A DNA stretch of 60,334 bases from an uncultured Clostridia bacterium (GCA_944328845.1 CALVHV010000001.1:1-60334); one strand, 5' to 3'; positions 27,963 through 37,950 are shown, numbered from the stretch's first letter. Notes: generated by a model from the letters alone, not told the origin. Program-made: numbers and translations.

Positions 27963-28682
27963 TTATTTGTTTTTATTATAAAGCACCCTCTCGTACTTGC
28001 CCGTTTCCAGATCGGTGTAGCGCACATAAAGAGAGATCTTGTTGTTCTCGTTGAGATTTGTCCAAAGCGTCGTTGCGAACTCCGAAATATCATCGGGAAT
28101 GCACACGCGCTCCGGTTCGCCCGTAAAGGTGGGAATGGGATTTCCGTCGCAGTTATACGTATGGATAAAATGCCCCAATCCGCAGAGCGGCGCATAGGAG
28201 AAGGTGTAACGGTTGCATGCCGTGCCTTTTTCGTCCGCGCTCTTGAGGATACTCATTTTATAGGTAAAGTCCTTGTTCGCAAAATTCAATGCGGCGCTGA
28301 TACGGGGGGTGAAGTTAGGCGCGTCCGGCTCAAAGCAGCGCGTATCCAGCGCCTCTTCAAAGCTCTTGCCCTGCATCAGAAAATCGTAAACGGTATCCGT
28401 CTGGTCGCCGTTCGTGACGATGACGGTCTCCTTTGCGCGGCGTACGGGAGAATAGATGATGAGGGAAGGATCCGCCACCTTGCTCGCGTCGAAAGGATAG
28501 ATGGTGACCTCGTCCCCCTCTTCCTTAAAAATGCGGTTGCGGCTGTTTTCGCTTCTGCCCATGATAAAGTAGGCAAACACGGCCTTTTTGCCGTCCTTGC
28601 TCTTGCCGACGACAATGCCGCGCCCCACATACGTGTTGTCTTTGATCAATTCTCCGATGTCCGAAACGGAATAAATGTTCAT
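27963..28682 (-). CDS. PurO-like (archaeal-type) IMP cyclohydrolase
   Basis: YVGRGI, MGRSENSRNR, TNGDQTD, EPDAPNFTPRIS, HTY; sits between purN and the AICARFT gene. Confidence 0.85.
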   Translation of the reverse strand: MNIYSVSDIGELIKDNTYVGRGIVVGKSKDGKKAVFAYFIMGRSENSRNRIFKEEGDEVTIYPFDASKVADPSLIIYSPVRRAKETVIVTNGDQTDTVYDFLMQGKSFEEALDTRCFEPDAPNFTPRISAALNFANKDFTYKMSILKSADEKGTACNRYTFSYAPLCGLGHFIHTYNCDGNPIPTFTGEPERVCIPDDISEFATTLWTNLNENNKISLYVRYTDLETGKYERVLYNKNK

Positions 28683-28728
28683 ATGTAAATACCCCACCGA
28701 TTTATTTTTTTCCGCAGCCGCGGATGTG

Positions 28729-29346
28729 TTACGGCAAAATCGTAACTTTTCTGCCTTCTTTGACGATCTTGCCTGTCGTGAGAAGTTTGACCGCAAGCGG
28801 CAGCGCCTTGTGTTCTTCCTCGAGGATACGCGCCTGCAAAGATTCGGGCGTGTCCCCTTCCAAAACGGGAACGGCGCGCTGCAGGATGATGGCGCCGCTG
28901 TCGTACTGCTCGTCCACAAAATGCACGGTAAGCCCCGAGATCCTCACGCCGTATTCCACGGCGGCGCGGTGGACGTTCAATCCGTAAAAACCCTTTCCGC
29001 AAAAACTGGGGATGAGGGAAGGATGAATATTGATGATGCGATCGGGAAACGCCCTGACAAAGTTTTCGGGGATCATGGAAAGATACCCTGCCAGGACGAT
29101 GTAATCGATCTTGCGACTCTTGCAAGCATCGATCAGGGCATTGCCCATCTCTTCGGCGGACGCAAAATCCTTTTTGCTGCAGACGATGCTTTCAATGCCG
29201 TGCTTTGCGGCGCGTTCCGCGGCGAAGATGCCTGCCTTAGACGCGACAAGGAGGGAGAGCTCGCAAAAGTTCTCCCTCTCGTTTGCGTCGATGATCGATT
29301 GAAAATCGCTTCCCGATCCGCTGGCAAATACAGCTACCCGTTTCAC
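28729..29346 (-). CDS. purN: phosphoribosylglycinamide formyltransferase
   Basis: [32 protein letters not shown]. Confidence 0.97.
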   Translation of the reverse strand: MKRVAVFASGSGSDFQSIIDANERENFCELSLLVASKAGIFAAERAAKHGIESIVCSKKDFASAEEMGNALIDACKSRKIDYIVLAGYLSMIPENFVRAFPDRIINIHPSLIPSFCGKGFYGLNVHRAAVEYGVRISGLTVHFVDEQYDSGAIILQRAVPVLEGDTPESLQARILEEEHKALPLAVKLLTTGKIVKEGRKVTILP

Positions 29347-30371
29347 TTGAGTGTAACTCCTTTTCCGGAGACCGTTTTGCCGATCAGGTACGCCTTTTCG
29401 CCCGTCGCTTCCAGCTCGGCGATCGTCTTTTCCACATCCCTTTTGTCCACACAGACGACCATGCCGATGCCCATGTTGAAGGTGTTGTAGATCTGTTCGT
29501 CGCTGATCTCCGACTTTTCGCGCATGATGTTGAAGATGGCGGGAAGAGGGTACGAATCCTTTTCGATCTCACAGCCGATCCCTTCGGGGAAAATGCGGGG
29601 AATGTTTTCGATGAACCCGCCCCCCGTGATATGAGCGATACCTTTGACCTTCACCTTGGAGATGAGGTTGAGGATGCTCTTCACGTAGATCTTTGTGGGC
29701 GCGAGAAGCACATTGAGCACCTTGTCTTTCAGGCGGTCGTCGTAGCGGTCGAGATCGTGCGAATGCAGATTGTCGCCGAACAGCTTACGAACCAGCGAAT
29801 ACCCGTTGGAATGGATCCCGCTGGATGCGATGCCGACGAGCGCGTCGCCTTCACGGATGGTCTTGCCGTTGATGATCTCTTTCTTATCCACGATGCCTAC
29901 GGCAAAACCGGCTATATCGTATTCTCCTTCCGGATAGAAGCCGGGCATTTCTGCCGTCTCGCCGCCGATCAGGGCGCACCCGGACTGACGGCATCCTTCC
30001 GCAACGCCGGAAACGACGGTCGCTACCACTTCCGGAGAAAGCTTTCCCGTGGCAAAATAATCGAGGAAAAACAACGGCTTCGCGCCTTGGCACACAATGT
30101 CGTTGACACACATTGCCACCGCGTCGATACCGATCGTGTCATGCTTGTTGGCGAGAAACGCATATTTCAGCTTGGTGCCCACGCCGTCCGTGCCAGCCAC
30201 GAGCACGGGCTCGCTCATCTTCTCTCCCGCGATCGAATAGAACCCGCCGAAAGAGCCGATGTCGCCCAAAACGTTTTCGTTGAAGGTCGTCTTGACGTGT
30301 TTCTTCATCAATTCGACCGCTTTGTAGCCGCGCTCGACGTCTACGCCGCTGTCCTTGTAGGATATAGCCAT
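29343..30371 (-). CDS. purM: AIR synthase
   Basis: [44 protein letters not shown]. Confidence 0.98.
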   Translation of the reverse strand: MAISYKDSGVDVERGYKAVELMKKHVKTTFNENVLGDIGSFGGFYSIAGEKMSEPVLVAGTDGVGTKLKYAFLANKHDTIGIDAVAMCVNDIVCQGAKPLFFLDYFATGKLSPEVVATVVSGVAEGCRQSGCALIGGETAEMPGFYPEGEYDIAGFAVGIVDKKEIINGKTIREGDALVGIASSGIHSNGYSLVRKLFGDNLHSHDLDRYDDRLKDKVLNVLLAPTKIYVKSILNLISKVKVKGIAHITGGGFIENIPRIFPEGIGCEIEKDSYPLPAIFNIMREKSEISDEQIYNTFNMGIGMVVCVDKRDVEKTIAELEATGEKAYLIGKTVSGKGVTLK

Positions 30372-30392
30372 GTTATCGTCTTCTCCTTAAAC

Positions 30393-31817
30393 TCATTCAA
30401 ATTTATGTTTGTCTGCCTGGTAATCGTCCATGGGATAGGGATACCCGGCGTCGAAACAGCCTGTGCAAAAATTCAGTTTTGCATTTTTGCACGTCTCGAG
30501 AAGCTGTCCGACCGTAAGATAATGCAAAGAATCTGCGCCGATGTACTTGCAGATCTCTTCCACCGACCTGTTGGCGCCGATCAGCTGCGAATAGGACTGC
30601 ATGTCGATGCCGAGATGGCACGGATGCCTGACGACGGGCGAACAGATCATCATGTGCACTTCTTTCGCACCCGCGTCGCGCAGCATTTTTACGATCTTGC
30701 GGCTGGTCGTCCCGCGCACGATGGAATCGTCTACGATGATCAGGCGCTTTCCGAAAATGTTTGCGCGCAGCGCGTTCATCTTGACGCTGACGGAATTTTC
30801 GCGCATGCTCTGGTCAGGCTGGATGAACGTCCTGCCCACATACCTGTTTTTTGCCAGCGCTTCCACGTACGGGATCCCGGACACTTCCGAGTATCCGCGC
30901 GCAGCCACGACGGCAGAATCGGGAACGCCGCTGACGATGTCCGCATCCACAGGGCAGTACTTCGCAAGGATCTTGCCAGCCTCCTTTCTCGCCTCGTATA
31001 CGCTGCAGCCGTCGATGACGCTGTCCGGACGCGCAAAATAGACGTATTCGAAAATGCAGGCGGCAGTCTTTTTTTCTCTGGCGAGAAAATACGAATGTTC
31101 CCCTTCCGAATCGATGACGAGCACTTCGCCCGGCTTGACGTCGCGCAGAACGTTTCCGCCCACGGCATCTATGGCGCACGTCTCGCTGGCAACGATATAA
31201 TCGTCCAGGCTCTTGCCCAGCACGAGCGGGCGGATGCCGTACGGGTCACGCACGGCGATGAGCATGTTGCTCGTCATCACGACGAGGGCAAACGAACCTT
31301 CAAAGCGCTCGCAAGCCTGCAAAACGCCCTTGACGATGTCCCCGTCGCTGTACTTATTGATGAGAAGAGCCATCACTTCCGAGTCGATGCTCGTCTGAAA
31401 GACGGCATCTCCTCGGATCAGCTCCTCGCGCAATTGTTTCGTGTTTGTCAAATTTCCGTTGTGCGCCAAAGCCATCTTTCCGCACTTGCCCGTAAAGACG
31501 ATGGGCTGAGCGTTGAGAAGCAGGCTCGCCCCCGTCGTGGAATAGCGGACATGCCCGACAGCGATGTCCCCTTCGGGAAGTTTGGCAAGATTTTCTTCGG
31601 AAAAGACCTCCGGAACGAGGCCCATCCCCTTAAAATACTGGATCTTGTTGGCGTAGGCAACGGCGATACCGCAGGATTCCTGTCCCCTGTGCTGAAGTGC
31701 ATACAACCCGTAATAAGCGGTGTGCGCCACATCTCTGGTCTCGTTGCTGTAAACCCCGAACACGCCGCACTCTTCGTGCATGCCGTCAAAAGGAAGTTTC
31801 CCGTCGCGGAGATACAT
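30393..31817 (-). CDS. purF: amidophosphoribosyltransferase
   Basis: Propeptide then CGVFG, QHRGQE, HVRYST, HNGN, VDDSIVRGTTS, Fe-S cysteines. Confidence 0.98.
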   Translation of the reverse strand: MYLRDGKLPFDGMHEECGVFGVYSNETRDVAHTAYYGLYALQHRGQESCGIAVAYANKIQYFKGMGLVPEVFSEENLAKLPEGDIAVGHVRYSTTGASLLLNAQPIVFTGKCGKMALAHNGNLTNTKQLREELIRGDAVFQTSIDSEVMALLINKYSDGDIVKGVLQACERFEGSFALVVMTSNMLIAVRDPYGIRPLVLGKSLDDYIVASETCAIDAVGGNVLRDVKPGEVLVIDSEGEHSYFLAREKKTAACIFEYVYFARPDSVIDGCSVYEARKEAGKILAKYCPVDADIVSGVPDSAVVAARGYSEVSGIPYVEALAKNRYVGRTFIQPDQSMRENSVSVKMNALRANIFGKRLIIVDDSIVRGTTSRKIVKMLRDAGAKEVHMMICSPVVRHPCHLGIDMQSYSQLIGANRSVEEICKYIGADSLHYLTVGQLLETCKNAKLNFCTGCFDAGYPYPMDDYQADKHKFE

Positions 31818-31833
31818 GTATTTTCCCTCCGGT

Positions 31834-32541
31834 TTACTTGCCGGTCAGGCGTGCAAATACTTCTTTGTATGCGTCCTCTACGCCGCCCATATCCCTTCTG
31901 AAGCGGTCTTTATCCAATTTTTCACCCGTCGTCATATCCCAGAAACGGCAGGTGTCGGGAGAGATCTCGTCGGCAAGGACGATCTGTCCGTGGAAACGGC
32001 CGAACTCCAGTTTGAAGTCGATCAGGTTGATGTTGAGCGTCTTGAAGAACTCTTTCATCACCTCGTTGACTCTGAGCGCCATATTTTTGATGGTGTCGAT
32101 CTCTTCGGGCGTAGCGAGCTGCATGGCGAGTGCCTGCGAATCGTTGATGAGCGGGTCGCCGAGCTCGTCGTTTTTATAGCTGAATTCGAGGACGGTCGAG
32201 GGAAGTTTTGTCCCTTCGGGAACGCCGTAACGCTTGGAAAAGCTGCCGGCAGCCGTGTTGCGGATGATCACTTCCAGCGGAACGATCTGAACTTTTTTGA
32301 CTGCCGTTTCGCGGTCGGACAATTCTTCGACAAAATGGGTGGGGATGCCGTGCTGTTCCATAATGCGGAACATCATGTTGCTCATCTTGTTGTTGATGAC
32401 GCCTTTGCCCGCGATGGTACCCTTTTTGAGACCGTTAAAAGCGGTCGCATCGTCCTTGTAATCGACGATGACGATGTCTTCGTCATCGGTCGCAAAGACC
32501 TTTTTGGCTTTTCCTTCATACAGCTGGCCGAGTTTTTTCAT
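31834..32541 (-). CDS. purC: SAICAR synthase
   Basis: [39 protein letters not shown]; ATG 32541 after GGAGG. Confidence 0.97.
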   Translation of the reverse strand: MKKLGQLYEGKAKKVFATDDEDIVIVDYKDDATAFNGLKKGTIAGKGVINNKMSNMMFRIMEQHGIPTHFVEELSDRETAVKKVQIVPLEVIIRNTAAGSFSKRYGVPEGTKLPSTVLEFSYKNDELGDPLINDSQALAMQLATPEEIDTIKNMALRVNEVMKEFFKTLNINLIDFKLEFGRFHGQIVLADEISPDTCRFWDMTTGEKLDKDRFRRDMGGVEDAYKEVFARLTGK

Positions 32542-32584
32542 TTTATCTTCCTCCAAAAAATTTTGCTGATCGTTGGTGCGTTCT

Positions 32585-33079
32585 TCACGCTTTGAGCTCT
32601 TCCTGCAGAGCCGCATCGTCGGCGTTGATCTTTTCCGCCATCGATTTTTTGAATTGTTTGAGTTTTGCGCCGAGTTCGGGATAGCGAAGCGCCAAAATCT
32701 GGACCGCAAGCAGACCCGCATTTTCGCCGCCGTTGACGCCCACCGTTGCCACGGGGATGCCGGACGGCATCTGCACAATGGAAAGAAGGCTATCCAGCCC
32801 GCCCATCATATCCGTCTTGACAGGGAGCCCGATGACGGGAAGGGTCGTATAGGCCGCGATCACGCCGCCGAGGTGCGCCGCCTTACCTGCCGCACAGAGG
32901 ATCACTTCGATCCCGTTTTTCTCCGCTTCCGAAGCAAACTTATGCGCTTCGTCCGGCGTGCGGTGCGCGGAAATAACGCGGACCTCCGCCTCGACGCCGA
33001 ATTTTTTGAACACTTCCACGGCAGGTTTTACCACCGGGAAATCCGATTTGCTGCCCATTAAGATCGCTGCTTTCGCCAT
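32585..33079 (-). CDS. purE: N5-CAIR mutase / AIR carboxylase
   Basis: [34 protein letters not shown]. Confidence 0.97.
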   Translation of the reverse strand: MAKAAILMGSKSDFPVVKPAVEVFKKFGVEAEVRVISAHRTPDEAHKFASEAEKNGIEVILCAAGKAAHLGGVIAAYTTLPVIGLPVKTDMMGGLDSLLSIVQMPSGIPVATVGVNGGENAGLLAVQILALRYPELGAKLKQFKKSMAEKINADDAALQEELKA

Positions 33080-33151
33080 AATTGACCCTCCGATGCGGAA
33101 ATCCGCATTTGCTTTGTTTATTTCCTCCCGCCCTGCGCATACTGCATTCGG

Positions 33152-33460
33152 GTGAAAGATATGCTGTTTTTATACATTTTGTTCGGCGTCTATCTCGCCG
33201 CCGTCAATCTCTATGCCTTCCTTCTCGTCAAAGAACGAAAAAAGCGGGTGACGGAGCGCGGCGAAGAAGAAAAAAACACGAATGCGAGACTTCTTCTCGC
33301 CGGATTCCTCGGCGGCGCGCTTGCCGCGTATGCGGCCATGTTCGTCTATAAATACAAGACGGACAACGTTTTGATGATGATCCTGCTGCCCCTGCTCGGC
33401 GCCGCAAACATCTATCTCGCGTTTGCTTTGGTTAAGAGCGGATTCCTCTTTTTCGCCTGA
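33152..33460 (+). CDS. small membrane protein, divergent DUF1294 (YsdA-like)
   Basis: YL..VN...F.L, then LGGALAAY.AM...YKT; three hydrophobic segments. Confidence 0.65.
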   Translation: MKDMLFLYILFGVYLAAVNLYAFLLVKERKKRVTERGEEEKNTNARLLLAGFLGGALAAYAAMFVYKYKTDNVLMMILLPLLGAANIYLAFALVKSGFLFFA

Positions 33461-33462
33461 AA

Positions 33463-33708
33463 GAAAAAACAGGCTGCAAAAGGTGCGCAAAAGGACACCG
33501 GATGCAAACCTGCCTTACGGTAACAAGACTGACAGATCTTCGCTGTCGAGGGCATGAGAGTACAATGCGCCGTCAGAAAAAACAGATTTCGAAAGGATGC
33601 GCAAACCACAGCAGATTGCGATTTTCTCCTGTATCACTCTCAACATATAGCATCTCCCGGCTCTGTACAAGAGCCCTTTCGCCGACGGCAAAACCCTCTG
33701 CCTAGTAC
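33463..33708 (-). ncRNA. candidate structured RNA (sRNA or riboswitch-like leader) ending in an intrinsic terminator
   Basis: Extended -10 TGgTATACT at 33715..33723; nested long-range helices plus a possible pseudoknot; terminator at 33463..33513. Confidence 0.55.
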
Positions 33709-33797
33709 ACTTACAGTATACCATAAACGGCCGCCGAAAAAAACTGTTTGACGGCACTTTTTTAAAAATTTTCCCTTGAATTTTTTCTTTTTCGCAT

Positions 33798-33832
33798 AAA
33801 AAAGCGCTTGGACACCGCCAAGCGCTTTTTTC
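33798..33832. terminator. terminator after mscL
   Basis: AAAAAAGCGCTTGG-N6-CCAAGCGCTTTTTT. Confidence 0.85.
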
Positions 33833-33833
33833 C

Positions 33834-34439
33834 TTATTTTTTGTCGCCGCCGTCCGGATGGGCCCTGCCTTCTTTGAGCAGGTCGCGGATCTCGGCAAGC
33901 AGTTCTTCCACCGTCGGCGCCGCGGGCACGGGCTGTGCACCAGGAGCTTCCTCCTGTACGGCAGGCACGGCGGCGGGTGTCTCCTCCTGAGCGGCAGCTC
34001 CTTCCGCGGCTTCCGCCGCTTTCTCCTCTTCTGCCTCTCTCTGCTTGAGCTTTTCGCGGAGCTCTTCCGCCGCTTCCCTCATCTTTTTCTGCGCCCTGCG
34101 GACAATGCGCAGCACGGTAAAAATAACAAAGGCGTCGATGAGGAAGGTGAGGATCGCCATAATGAGGTTGCCGTAGTTGAGGGTGATCGCTTCGACGAGC
34201 ACTTCTCCGTCCGCCCCGACCGTCGCTTCCCGCAGGACGATGACGAGTTCGCTGAAATCCCCGCCGACAAGCAGGGCGATCAGCGGCTTGATGATGTCGT
34301 TGACAACACTGTTCACGATCGCCGTAAACGCAGCACCGACAACGACTGCGACGGCGAGATCGACTACGTTTCCGCGGGAAATAAACGCTTTAAAATCTTT
34401 CCAGAATGTACTTTTTTCCTTTTTTTTGTGTTTTTTCAC
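33834..34439 (-). CDS. mscL: large-conductance mechanosensitive channel with extended C-terminal linker
   Basis: FKAFISRGNVVDLAVAVVVGAAF, YGN, EELLAEIRDLL. Confidence 0.95.
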   Translation of the reverse strand: MKKHKKKEKSTFWKDFKAFISRGNVVDLAVAVVVGAAFTAIVNSVVNDIIKPLIALLVGGDFSELVIVLREATVGADGEVLVEAITLNYGNLIMAILTFLIDAFVIFTVLRIVRRAQKKMREAAEELREKLKQREAEEEKAAEAAEGAAAQEETPAAVPAVQEEAPGAQPVPAAPTVEELLAEIRDLLKEGRAHPDGGDKK

Positions 34440-34466
34440 GATCTTCTCCTGTTTACGAAAACTTTT

Positions 34467-35297
34467 CTATCTGTATTTTTCAAAATTTTCCATAATGAAT
34501 TTACATACGGCGTCCTCTTCCGAATATCCGATGACGCCCGTCGCCATTTCCTTTAGATCGTCGCTCGCGTTGCGGACGGCAAAGCTTGCATCGGCGGCAA
34601 GAAACAAACTTCTGTCGTTGTTGCCGTCCCCGAAGCAGACAAGTGTCTCTGCGCCGAGCAATTGTTTCAGCGCGGTCGCCGCCGCACCCTTGGAAGTGCT
34701 CGCCGGCATGATCTCGCACCAGTAGTCTGTCTGGTATGTCTCCCGCTCGTAAATACAGCGAATGTCGAGACTGCTCTCCACCGCGGCATGCAATCCGTCC
34801 AGTTCCTCTTTTTTTCCGATACAATTGAAATAAAAGATATCGTCCCCTCGAAGTTCTTTTCCGTCGCTTACGGGATGCAGGCGGGGATCCCCCGCACGGC
34901 GGTCGAGATATCTGCGTACCCCTGCCGTCTCCTTTCCCTGCATCCAGAATACTCTCTCCGTCCCCTCCCGAAAGGAATACACTAGCGGCCAGACGTCGAA
35001 CTTTGAAAACTGCTCCTTCAGAAAAGAGAGCTGCCCCCCGTTGAAATGATTGTTATATAAAACCTTCCGCGAGGAGGGTTCCATGATCAGTGCGCCGTTA
35101 TACAGTACGACGGGAAGCTTCTGACGCAGCCCCCAGCACGCCTTTGCCGCAGAGTTGAGAGATCGAGCCGTCGCATATGTAAAGCAAAGTCCTTCCTCGT
35201 CGATCATCTTATTGAGATTTTCCAGGCTGTACGCGGAAATGTTTTCCCTGGAGGTGAGAAGCGTCCCGTCCAGATCGGAAATAAAGAGCGTTTTCAC
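34467..35297 (-). CDS. Cof-type HAD-IIB hydrolase
   Basis: SDLDGTLL, ATAR, YNGA, SKG, FGDGNND. Confidence 0.92.
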   Translation of the reverse strand: MKTLFISDLDGTLLTSRENISAYSLENLNKMIDEEGLCFTYATARSLNSAAKACWGLRQKLPVVLYNGALIMEPSSRKVLYNNHFNGGQLSFLKEQFSKFDVWPLVYSFREGTERVFWMQGKETAGVRRYLDRRAGDPRLHPVSDGKELRGDDIFYFNCIGKKEELDGLHAAVESSLDIRCIYERETYQTDYWCEIMPASTSKGAAATALKQLLGAETLVCFGDGNNDRSLFLAADASFAVRNASDDLKEMATGVIGYSEEDAVCKFIMENFEKYR

Positions 35298-35327
35298 AAT
35301 GCGTGCCTTCCTTATTTATTCGCACAC

Positions 35328-35356
35328 AGTATATCACATGCGAAGATTTTTATCAA
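35328..35356 (-). promoter_or_regulatory. sigma-A promoter TTGATA-N17-TATACT
   Basis: Extended -10 upstream of HAD-mscL. Confidence 0.75.
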
Positions 35357-35384
35357 GAACTTTTCGTTTATTTCTGTGCGGGAC

Positions 35385-35420
35385 AAAAAATGCCGCACCA
35401 TAACAATGTATGGTGCGGAA
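35385..35420 (-). terminator. terminator of the ABC operon
   Basis: CCGCACCATA/TATGGTGCGG stem, then CATTTTTT. Confidence 0.7.
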
Positions 35421-35437
35421 AATGCCGATATTCTCTT

Positions 35438-36100
35438 TTAAGGCAAAATTGCCTGTACGATCTGCCTTCTGTAGTCGGATTCCTCCCCGTACTTGCGCGG
35501 GACGGCGGATGCATCGCGCAGATCGGCGACGACCTTCCCTCCGCTCAGCACCAATGCGCGGTGAGAGAGCATATACGCTTCCTCCGCATCGTGCGTAACA
35601 AAAACGACCGTGCGTTTTTCCTCCCGCCACAGCGAACAAAACACCTCGATCAGACGGATCTTCAACGCCGTATCCAGCGAAGAGAACGGTTCGTCCATCA
35701 ACAGGAGATCGGACGGAAACAAAAACGCCCTGGCAACGGAGACGCGCTGCGCCTGCCCGCCCGAAAGTTCGACTGGATATGCATCCGCTTTGTCAGACAG
35801 TTCAAGCTTTTGCAGCATCGCGGCGATCTTTTCCTCCTCGCGACACACGAGCCTGAGATTGCCGTGCACCGTGAGGTTGGGGATCAGCCTCGGCTGCTGG
35901 AAGATGTATGCGCACTTTTTTTTCGGCGAGATCTCGCCCTGGTAAGAAGTCAGCCCGGACAAAATGTTCAAAAGCGTGGTCTTTCCGCTCCCGCTGGAAC
36001 CGAGGAGACAGGTGATCTTCCCTTCTTCCAAGTCGAGATCGAAATTTTCGTATACACAGAGCGGCCCGTAGCGCTTGGTGATCCCTCTCAGCTCTATCAT
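35438..36100 (-). CDS. ABC ATPase, NitT/TauT family
   Basis: GSSGSGKT, LSGGQ, LLMDEPF, VTHD; ATGA overlap with the permease stop. Confidence 0.92.
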   Translation of the reverse strand: MIELRGITKRYGPLCVYENFDLDLEEGKITCLLGSSGSGKTTLLNILSGLTSYQGEISPKKKCAYIFQQPRLIPNLTVHGNLRLVCREEEKIAAMLQKLELSDKADAYPVELSGGQAQRVSVARAFLFPSDLLLMDEPFSSLDTALKIRLIEVFCSLWREEKRTVVFVTHDAEEAYMLSHRALVLSGGKVVADLRDASAVPRKYGEESDYRRQIVQAILP

Positions 36101-36888
36101 CTCCGCACCTCCTTTTGCGCGCGGCCGTGCGTCCAGCGGTCCGTGATCCGCGTCAGAAAGCCCAAAGCGAGTTCGACGAGCCCGCCTACGATCAAAACAG
36201 ACAGCGTAAGCGCAAACATGCGCGAGATCTGCAGATATGAGTTCGCCTCTTTCAGCATCCCGCCGATGGCGATATAAGTATAGGCGAGTACTTCCGCCGA
36301 AACACACACTTTCAGGGACAGCGAAAGATTGGGCCCGGCTTGCGAAAAGAGAGAAGGAAGCATCTGCGGAACATAGATGCGAAAGATCCTGTCCCTGCGA
36401 GAGATGCCGTACACAGCCGCCATCTCCGCAAGTTTCGGATCGATGGCGCGGTAGGCAGACATCATCTGCGCATACGAGACCGGAAAGAGCATAAGAAATG
36501 TGACGATGACGGGCGCGGTATGCGGCGTGGACCAGAGCAGGAGCATCAGCGTGATGGCGAGCGTGGGAACAGTGCGCATAACGGCGACGAACGTCCCCAA
36601 AAAACAGCGCAATTTATCGCTGAGCGCCGAAAGGGAGGCAAAGACAAGTGCAACGGCAAAGGCGAGCGCCCACCCCTCCAGCGACCGCAAGAAAGTACTG
36701 CCGAGGGACCTCCAGAAAAGGCTCTCCCCGAACAGTCTGCCCATTTCCTTCATGGTGTCCGAAAAGGAAGGCAGAATATAATCGTTCCCGACGGCGGCAT
36801 AGGCGATCAGCCATGCCCCCCACATCACGGCGATGGCGAGAAACGAAAACAAAAAATTCAGTTTTTTGTCCGGGGAGATCTCTCTCAT
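36097..36888 (-). CDS. ABC permease, NitT/TauT (SsuC/TauC-like)
   Basis: ILPS, about 6 TM segments, EAA-like LAEMAAVYG, SAEVL, IGG. Confidence 0.9.
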   Translation of the reverse strand: MREISPDKKLNFLFSFLAIAVMWGAWLIAYAAVGNDYILPSFSDTMKEMGRLFGESLFWRSLGSTFLRSLEGWALAFAVALVFASLSALSDKLRCFLGTFVAVMRTVPTLAITLMLLLWSTPHTAPVIVTFLMLFPVSYAQMMSAYRAIDPKLAEMAAVYGISRRDRIFRIYVPQMLPSLFSQAGPNLSLSLKVCVSAEVLAYTYIAIGGMLKEANSYLQISRMFALTLSVLIVGGLVELALGFLTRITDRWTHGRAQKEVRR

Positions 36889-36897
36889 AAAATACCT

Positions 36898-37950
36898 TTA
36901 TGCGGGAAGATAGAAAAAGTCGTCCGACGCCGTAAACGTCTGTCCCGCCGCCTCGGAAAGCTCTGCAAGGAATTCGTTCACGCGCGTTTTACAATCGGCG
37001 GCGCCTTCAAAACGTACGGCGCACGCGGAGATCACTTCTTTGGTGAGGTCGTTTACCGTGAATGCGGGCGTCATACCCTCTTTGAGATAGTGTCCGACCA
37101 CCGCGTCGTAGATGGTTTGCGCCTGCGTCTGCGTGTCGAGCAGCCACTCGCCATTCTCCGCAACGGCGTCCGTGAAATTTTTAATGAACTGCGTATTCTC
37201 CGTGATCAGGGACTTTTTGGCGACGAGCACTGCCTGCGGATATCCCTTTTCTCCGTACAGTGCCTGCAGATCGCCGACGACGGTGAGAGGCTTGGGCGCA
37301 TCCTTAGTCCCGTTTACTTTTCTGCTGACGGCAGGCTCGGCGGCAATCATGTAATCGTAATCAGCCGCTGGCGTGATCTCCGTCCCGTCCACGGGATAAA
37401 GATAAGCACTTTCCGTCTCATTCGTCTCCGATTTGCCCGAGCGGACCTCGTAGGCGACCCCGTACTCGGAAAGAACGGTGCGCAGGGCATATCCGACAAA
37501 GTTTTCCAACTGAAGGCATCCGATCTTGGTGCCAGCCAGCAGCGAGGCGGCATTTTCGGAAGTGATCTCTTCGCTGTGCTTTGCGGAAAGCACGTACAGA
37601 TTGCCGTGCGTGACAGCTCCGAGCATCTGATATTTTTCACCTGTGCCCAAAAGCTTTGCGGCGGCGTTGACGGGAAGGATACAGAGATCCGCCTGCCCGT
37701 CGCCCGTAACGTATGTCTGGATGGTCTCGGCTGCGACCACGTTGTAGGTCACTTTTCCGCCGAACTGCATCTCTTCGCTCATCAGCTGCGCCAGCGCCAG
37801 GGCGGGTGCGCCGTCGGGAGCATAGACGGAAACCTGAACAGAGGTTTCCTTATCCTTATCATCATCCTTTTCGCCCCCGCACGCCATCAGCGAGGCGGTG
37901 ACGCCTGCCAGCATCAGCAAGGAGAGAAACAGTGCAAAAAACTTTTTCAT
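36898..37950 (-). CDS. ABC substrate-binding lipoprotein (SsuA/NMT1-like fold)
   Basis: Lipobox LMAC; PDGAPAL, AEP, YPQA. Confidence 0.85.
   Translation of the reverse strand: MKKFFALFLSLLMLAGVTASLMACGGEKDDDKDKETSVQVSVYAPDGAPALALAQLMSEEMQFGGKVTYNVVAAETIQTYVTGDGQADLCILPVNAAAKLLGTGEKYQMLGAVTHGNLYVLSAKHSEEITSENAASLLAGTKIGCLQLENFVGYALRTVLSEYGVAYEVRSGKSETNETESAYLYPVDGTEITPAADYDYMIAAEPAVSRKVNGTKDAPKPLTVVGDLQALYGEKGYPQAVLVAKKSLITENTQFIKNFTDAVAENGEWLLDTQTQAQTIYDAVVGHYLKEGMTPAFTVNDLTKEVISACAVRFEGAADCKTRVNEFLAELSEAAGQTFTASDDFFYLPA

Noticed and set aside
28683-28919. Upstream extensions of track ORFs (PurO-like, aroE, aroK, purC, MBL, ABC ATPase)
   Set aside because: They overlap neighbouring genes; SD position and motif start support the shorter calls.
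33650-33780. Cobalamin, lysine or SAM-I riboswitch assignment (AAGGGAA, ACUGUAA, GAAAGG, GAGCCGGGAGA, GCAGAGGG)
   Set aside because: Only isolated short words match; the core elements and spacing of each family are missing.
33515-33940. 141-aa minus-strand ORF and short plus-strand ORFs over the candidate RNA
   Set aside because: The minus ORF starts out of frame inside mscL and crosses its terminator; none has an SD or protein-like composition.
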